From an uncultured Actinomycetes bacterium (GTDB lineage Bacteria; Actinomycetota; Coriobacteriia; Coriobacteriales; Atopobiaceae): a stretch of DNA of 25,434 bases. Shown piece by piece: positions 23,651 to 25,434 of this stretch (position 1 is the first letter of the stretch; the number at the start of each line of letters is the position of its first letter). The position numbers and the translations under genes are program-made. The stretch lies in the NCBI GenBank assembly GCA_900315165.1, contig OMXZ01000026.1, positions 1-25,434 on the forward strand, in the 5' to 3' direction. The notes beneath the pieces were generated by a model. The model made no database searches and was not told the DNA's origin. It saw nothing but the letters and a program-made list of their open reading frames with translations.

Positions 23651-24940
23651 CTAACCTCGCAATACGTCGTCCATCATGGCATAGCGAACAGCGTCAATGC
23701 TGTGATCGTTGCCATCCGGGATCTCGTCGATCCAGTTGCCCTCCTTGTCCTTCTCGAACTCCTTCAAGGTGAATTCGGAGAAGGTCAAGGGGCACCGCTC
23801 TGGGTCAATCACGATCTCGCGCAGCCCTGCCAGCCATTCGTAAGACAAGCGCCTCATCCTGGCCTTCCTGGCCGCATGCACGCGGATGCCGAGCTCGCGT
23901 CTCCACACGTTCATCTGCACTTTGCTGTCCGGCGTGTCGTCGCAGTAGACAATCTGGTCGTGAAAGTACGCCTCCGCGCCCTGCTCGTCTGGGAAGGTGA
24001 GAGAATCGACCACGATCTTGCCCGTCTCCGCCGGCATCATCTTGTTCGCCGAGTGCTCCTCGAAGATGAGAAGGCGTCGCGCGTCAGGCTCCCAGGCACA
24101 GCGGACAAAGCGCCAGGGATCCGGGAACCAGCCCCAGTCCACGCCATTGCGAATGCGTTGGAAGGTGCGAATGCGAGAGTCGGAGAGCTTCGCCTCGTGC
24201 ACGTTGTCGAAGACGGCGCCGCCGGTCCCGGTGATCTCTCCCAGATACTCCCAACGCCAGGCCTGCTCGTTCGTGTCGCGCAGGTACTCCGCCTCCTCGA
24301 CGAACGGCGCTCCCAGCCAGTCGGGGTGCGTCTCGATCACATCGAGATAAGAGCTACCGCGCACAAGGGTGTCATCACGCCTCACACGTTCCAGGCGCTC
24401 CACGTTCACCCAGCTCCACATCGTCTTCGGCGGGTTGTAGGAATAGAAGATCCAGAAGCGGTCGCCGCCACGGCGCAGAGAATTCAGAATCGAGCGAACC
24501 GCCTCCACGCCCTCGAACTGGTCCAGCTCCTCGAACCACACGACAGAGCAATAGCCCTTGGTGAACTTCACGCCCTTGAGCTTGAGCGGGTCGTCCGCAC
24601 CGCGGAACACGATGCGCTGCCCGGTAGGGGTGTAGGTGATCTCCATGGGAGAAACGCGGCAGCGGAACACGCCCTCCAGGCCAAGCACCTCGATGGCCCA
24701 CTGTATCTGCTGGTACACCGAGTCACGCAGGGTGTTGGAGAAGCGCCTCACCACCACCGCGTTGGCCTTCGGGTTGGCGATGATGAGAAGTACGATCGCA
24801 ATGCTGATGAAGGAGGACTTGGTCGAGCCGCGCCCGCCCGGCAGCCAGTAGTGCGTGTGGCCGTGGGCCATCACGTCGCCAAGCACCGGGTGGAAGCGCG
24901 GGATGACGAAGTCGGAGACGTTAGTCGCCATTCGCGTCAC
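23651..24940 (-). CDS. terL: terminase large subunit (PBSX/XtmB-type)
   Basis: Walker A HYWLPGGRGSTKSSF. Length is 429 aa, with a C-terminal nuclease-type region. It overlaps the terS 3' end. Confidence 0.85.
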   Translation of the reverse strand: MTRMATNVSDFVIPRFHPVLGDVMAHGHTHYWLPGGRGSTKSSFISIAIVLLIIANPKANAVVVRRFSNTLRDSVYQQIQWAIEVLGLEGVFRCRVSPMEITYTPTGQRIVFRGADDPLKLKGVKFTKGYCSVVWFEELDQFEGVEAVRSILNSLRRGGDRFWIFYSYNPPKTMWSWVNVERLERVRRDDTLVRGSSYLDVIETHPDWLGAPFVEEAEYLRDTNEQAWRWEYLGEITGTGGAVFDNVHEAKLSDSRIRTFQRIRNGVDWGWFPDPWRFVRCAWEPDARRLLIFEEHSANKMMPAETGKIVVDSLTFPDEQGAEAYFHDQIVYCDDTPDSKVQMNVWRRELGIRVHAARKARMRRLSYEWLAGLREIVIDPERCPLTFSEFTLKEFEKDKEGNWIDEIPDGNDHSIDAVRYAMMDDVLRG

Positions 24941-25355
24941 CGCCCCCGGCCTCGCCGTCGGAGTCGTCGGCCATGGGCTCGATGACGAGCCCGAGCGTCA
25001 GCTGCACCGGCGCGTTGTCGGCCTCCTCGGCCTTGCGCTCCATCTTGCCGTACTCCATGGGGTACTTGCGCTCGAGCAGCCAGGCGGCCGCCGTCCAGTA
25101 CTGGGCGCGGGACTCCGCCGCCGACTTGATGGTCGTGAGCAGGCATCTCTTGTACTGCGCCTCGGCCTTTTTTAGTTCTTCGTATAACGCGCGCTTCACT
25201 CCGGTCTTGGCGTTCTCGCCTTCTTTCAGCCAGCGGTAGAACGTCGCCTGGTGCACGCCGATCGCGGCGATGATGTCCGCGTCGCACAGTCCGTCGCGTT
25301 TCAGTTCCACGATCTGCTCGACGAGCGCGTATGTCAGCTTCAACTTCGCGGGCAT
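24921..25355 (-). CDS. terS: terminase small subunit (HTH-containing)
   Basis: Length is 144 aa. The HTH is DADIIAAIGVHQATFYRWLKEG. GAGGAGG lies 7 nt upstream of the ATG. It overlaps the terL start. Confidence 0.6.
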   Translation of the reverse strand: MPAKLKLTYALVEQIVELKRDGLCDADIIAAIGVHQATFYRWLKEGENAKTGVKRALYEELKKAEAQYKRCLLTTIKSAAESRAQYWTAAAWLLERKYPMEYGKMERKAEEADNAPVQLTLGLVIEPMADDSDGEAGGGDANGD

Positions 25356-25434
25356 GGTGCCACCTCCTCACGGTGGCATGTTCCTAGCGCGTCACAAACT
25401 GGGGCTAACAAGGGGTGAAAGGGTGCAAAGGCCG

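Overview
The window looks like a defective siphovirus-type prophage from a high-GC Gram-positive host (roughly 60-65% GC), encoded on the minus strand. Gene order from high to low coordinates is: terminase small and large subunits, portal, scaffold, major capsid, three small head-tail joining genes, a distal-tail (Dit)-like gene, a tail-associated (Tal)-like gene, a collagen-like BppU-type fibre and a BspA-type LRR fibre. The prophage appears to be decaying. The portal and Tal-like genes carry in-frame stop codons and a frameshift, and no major tail or tape-measure genes are present. Two foreign blocks have been inserted into it. (1) A lower-GC island of about 7.3 kb (13.8-21.1 kb) sits between portal and scaffold. 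It carries an AbiD/AbiF-like (Abi_2/HEPN) gene, an RHH-YfbU fusion gene, a Hin/Gin-type serine invertase, and a tightly coupled four-gene operon. The operon encodes a YdjI-like SPFH protein with a C-terminal Zn ribbon, a 4-TM coiled-coil membrane protein, a small HEPN (Rx4-6H) protein, and a Zn-ribbon/TPR protein. I consider this operon the best candidate for an undescribed membrane-associated abortive-infection or defence system. A recurring AAACGTGT motif lies in its promoter regions, with possible invertase sites nearby. (2) A roughly 72% GC TniA/TniB-like transposition module (Mu-C-terminal-domain DDE transposase plus AAA_22 ATPase, a Zn-ribbon/HTH protein and a small ORF; about 5133-8267) lies in the AT-rich divergent promoter region. 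It separates a TetR gene and a 28-aa upstream ORF from an HXXEE-motif membrane protein gene. No rRNA, tRNA or CRISPR arrays were seen. Many long ORFs in the six-frame track are alternate-frame artefacts of the GC-rich DNA.
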